Positions 62,570 through 64,000 of a stretch of 64,000 nt of DNA are shown here, in pieces (within the stretch, counting starts at the first letter, position 1; each line of letters begins with the position of its first letter). The notes under the pieces are model-generated. The model ran no database searches. It had not been told where the DNA came from and saw nothing but the letters and a program-made list of their open reading frames with translations. The DNA is from an uncultured Gammaproteobacteria bacterium (GTDB lineage: Bacteria > Pseudomonadota > Gammaproteobacteria > CAZDOC01), in the NCBI GenBank assembly GCA_964506945.1, contig CAZDOC010000007.1, forward strand, positions 1,284 to 65,283, read 5' to 3'. Position numbers and translations under genes: made by a program.

Positions 62570-63319
62570 TCAGATCACCCCGGCTTCATGACGCAGTTTA
62601 TCCAGCAGCTCGGCCGCGTCCGCGACCAGGATCCCGGCCTCGCGCGTGGCCGGATCGGCAACCCGCAGCAGTTTCAGGCGGGGCTTGAGCGCGACCCCGA
62701 GGTCTCCGGGCGTGAGTGTCTCCATGGGTTTCTTCCTGGCCTTCATGATATCCGGGAGCTTGGCGTAGCGCGGCTCGTTCAGGCGCAGGTCGGTGGTGAC
62801 CACGGCAGGCAGTTTCAGGCGCAGTGTCTGTGTGCCGCTGTCCGTTTCCCGGGTCACCAGCGCGCTGTCGTCCTCCAGTTTCAGCTCGCAGGCGAAGCTG
62901 CCCTGGCCCCAGCCGAGCAGGGCGGCGAGCATCTGGCCGGTCTGGTTGGCGTCATCGTCTATGGCCTGTTTGCCCAGCAGTATCAGCCCCGGTCCTTGCC
63001 GGTCGGCGATGGCCTTGAGCAGCCTGGCCACATCCAGGGGCTGGAGATCCCCGTCGGTATCGACATGCATGCCGCGGTCCGCACCCATGGCCAGCCCGGC
63101 GCGGATGGTCTCCTGGCAGGCGGGTCCTCCCAGGGACACCAGCACCACCTCGCTGGCCAGGCCCTGCTCCTTGAGCCTCAGGGCCTCTTCCACGGCGATC
63201 TCGTCGAAGGGATTCATAGACATCTTGAGATTGCTGGTATCGACGCCGCTGCCATCGGCCTTCGGATGCACGCGGACGTTGTAGTCCACCACGCGTTTGA
63301 CCGCCACCAGTATGATCAT
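62570..63319 (-). CDS. etfB: Electron transfer flavoprotein beta subunit
   Basis: VAVKRVVD, MNPFDEIAVEEA, GKQAIDDD, NEPRY. Start at 63319. Confidence 0.96.
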   Translation of the reverse strand: MIILVAVKRVVDYNVRVHPKADGSGVDTSNLKMSMNPFDEIAVEEALRLKEQGLASEVVLVSLGGPACQETIRAGLAMGADRGMHVDTDGDLQPLDVARLLKAIADRQGPGLILLGKQAIDDDANQTGQMLAALLGWGQGSFACELKLEDDSALVTRETDSGTQTLRLKLPAVVTTDLRLNEPRYAKLPDIMKARKKPMETLTPGDLGVALKPRLKLLRVADPATREAGILVADAAELLDKLRHEAGVI

Positions 63320-64000
63320 TCCTCTTCCCCCCATGATTGAATGACGCCGAGTTGCCGCAAACCATCGATCCGTTCCCGCTCCAGGCCCAGCAGTTCATCC
63401 AGGACCGCGTCGGTATGTTCCCCCAGGAGTGGCGGCGCCTGCTCACTGTGATGCGCCGCGCGCGCGAACCTGATCGGGCTGGCCACAGTATCGAACTCGC
63501 CGGCCAGGCGGTGGGACATTCTTCTGAGCATGCCCCGGTGGCGGATCTGCCGATCGTCGAAGACCTTGTCGATGGTGTTGATCGGCCCGCAGGGGATCCG
63601 CCGGGAACGCAATTCCCGCAGCCATTCCCGCGCGCTCCGGGTCTTGAAGGCCTGCTCCAGGATCGGCAGCAGGGCCGCCTTGTTGCGTACCCGTTCACGG
63701 TTGCTGGCATAGCGTGGGTCCCCGGCAAGTTGCGGTTGCCCGAGCAGTTCGCACAGGCGGGAGAACTGTGCGTCATTGCCGACCGCCAGGACGATATGCG
63801 CATCGGCGGTGGCGAAGCTCTGGTAGGGAACGATATTCGGGTGGCCGTTGCCCTGGCGGCGGGGAACCGCGCCCGTGGTCAGGTAGTTCATGGCCTGGTT
63901 GGCGAGCACGGCGGCCTGCACGTCCAGCAGCGAGAGGTCGATATAATCGCCCTTGCCAGAGTTCCGGCGTTCGATCAGCGCCGCCAGGATGGCGACGGTC
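63316..64000 (-). CDS. CaiB/BaiF (family III) CoA-transferase, 3' part (5' end beyond window)
   Basis: Frame is open to the edge: TVAILAALIERRNSGKGDYIDLSLLDVQAAVLANQAMNY..GNGHPNIVPYQ..VGNDAQF..PPLLGEHT. Confidence 0.92.
   Translation of the reverse strand, partial: TVAILAALIERRNSGKGDYIDLSLLDVQAAVLANQAMNYLTTGAVPRRQGNGHPNIVPYQSFATADAHIVLAVGNDAQFSRLCELLGQPQLAGDPRYASNRERVRNKAALLPILEQAFKTRSAREWLRELRSRRIPCGPINTIDKVFDDRQIRHRGMLRRMSHRLAGEFDTVASPIRFARAAHHSEQAPPLLGEHTDAVLDELLGLERERIDGLRQLGVIQSWGEEE

Overview
High-GC bacterial chromosome segment, most likely gammaproteobacterial (inferred from gene order), in two parts. (1) 1-22.2 kb is mostly core genome: aat (partial), DUF1820, a metallophosphoesterase, ftsK-lolA-rarA-crcB-DUF190-serS, pntAB, a ZIP transporter, yccA, fnr and an AmmeMemoRadiSam radical SAM gene. 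It also holds a bufferin-type MNIO (DUF692) RiPP cluster with a decayed second precursor copy, an MgtC-like/ppdK operon and tRNA-Ser(TGA). (2) Downstream of the tRNA lies an accessory region of about 41 kb with no integrase visible. It encodes a coenzyme F420 biosynthesis set (fbiC, cofC, cofD, cofE) and F420H2:NADP+ oxidoreductase (npdG/fno). These are interleaved with an AraC-adjacent putative operon: Mer-like LLM reductase, FAH, M20, cyclase, homocitrate-synthase-like enzyme, two ketopantoate-reductase-like enzymes and M24. The region also has two xanthine-oxidase-family Mo enzymes (one with a CoxG-large subunit fusion), a PadBCD-like DMSO-reductase-family complex, a MoeA/MocA fusion, YCF48/RND and MFS transporters, and a CoA-transferase/ETF/ETF-QO operon. 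The best candidate for an undescribed system is an O2-independent, F420- and Mo-dependent pathway for an (N-hetero)aromatic substrate. The family assignments come from motif recognition. The pathway and substrate are inference, not shown by the sequence. No CRISPR, rRNA or transposase was seen.
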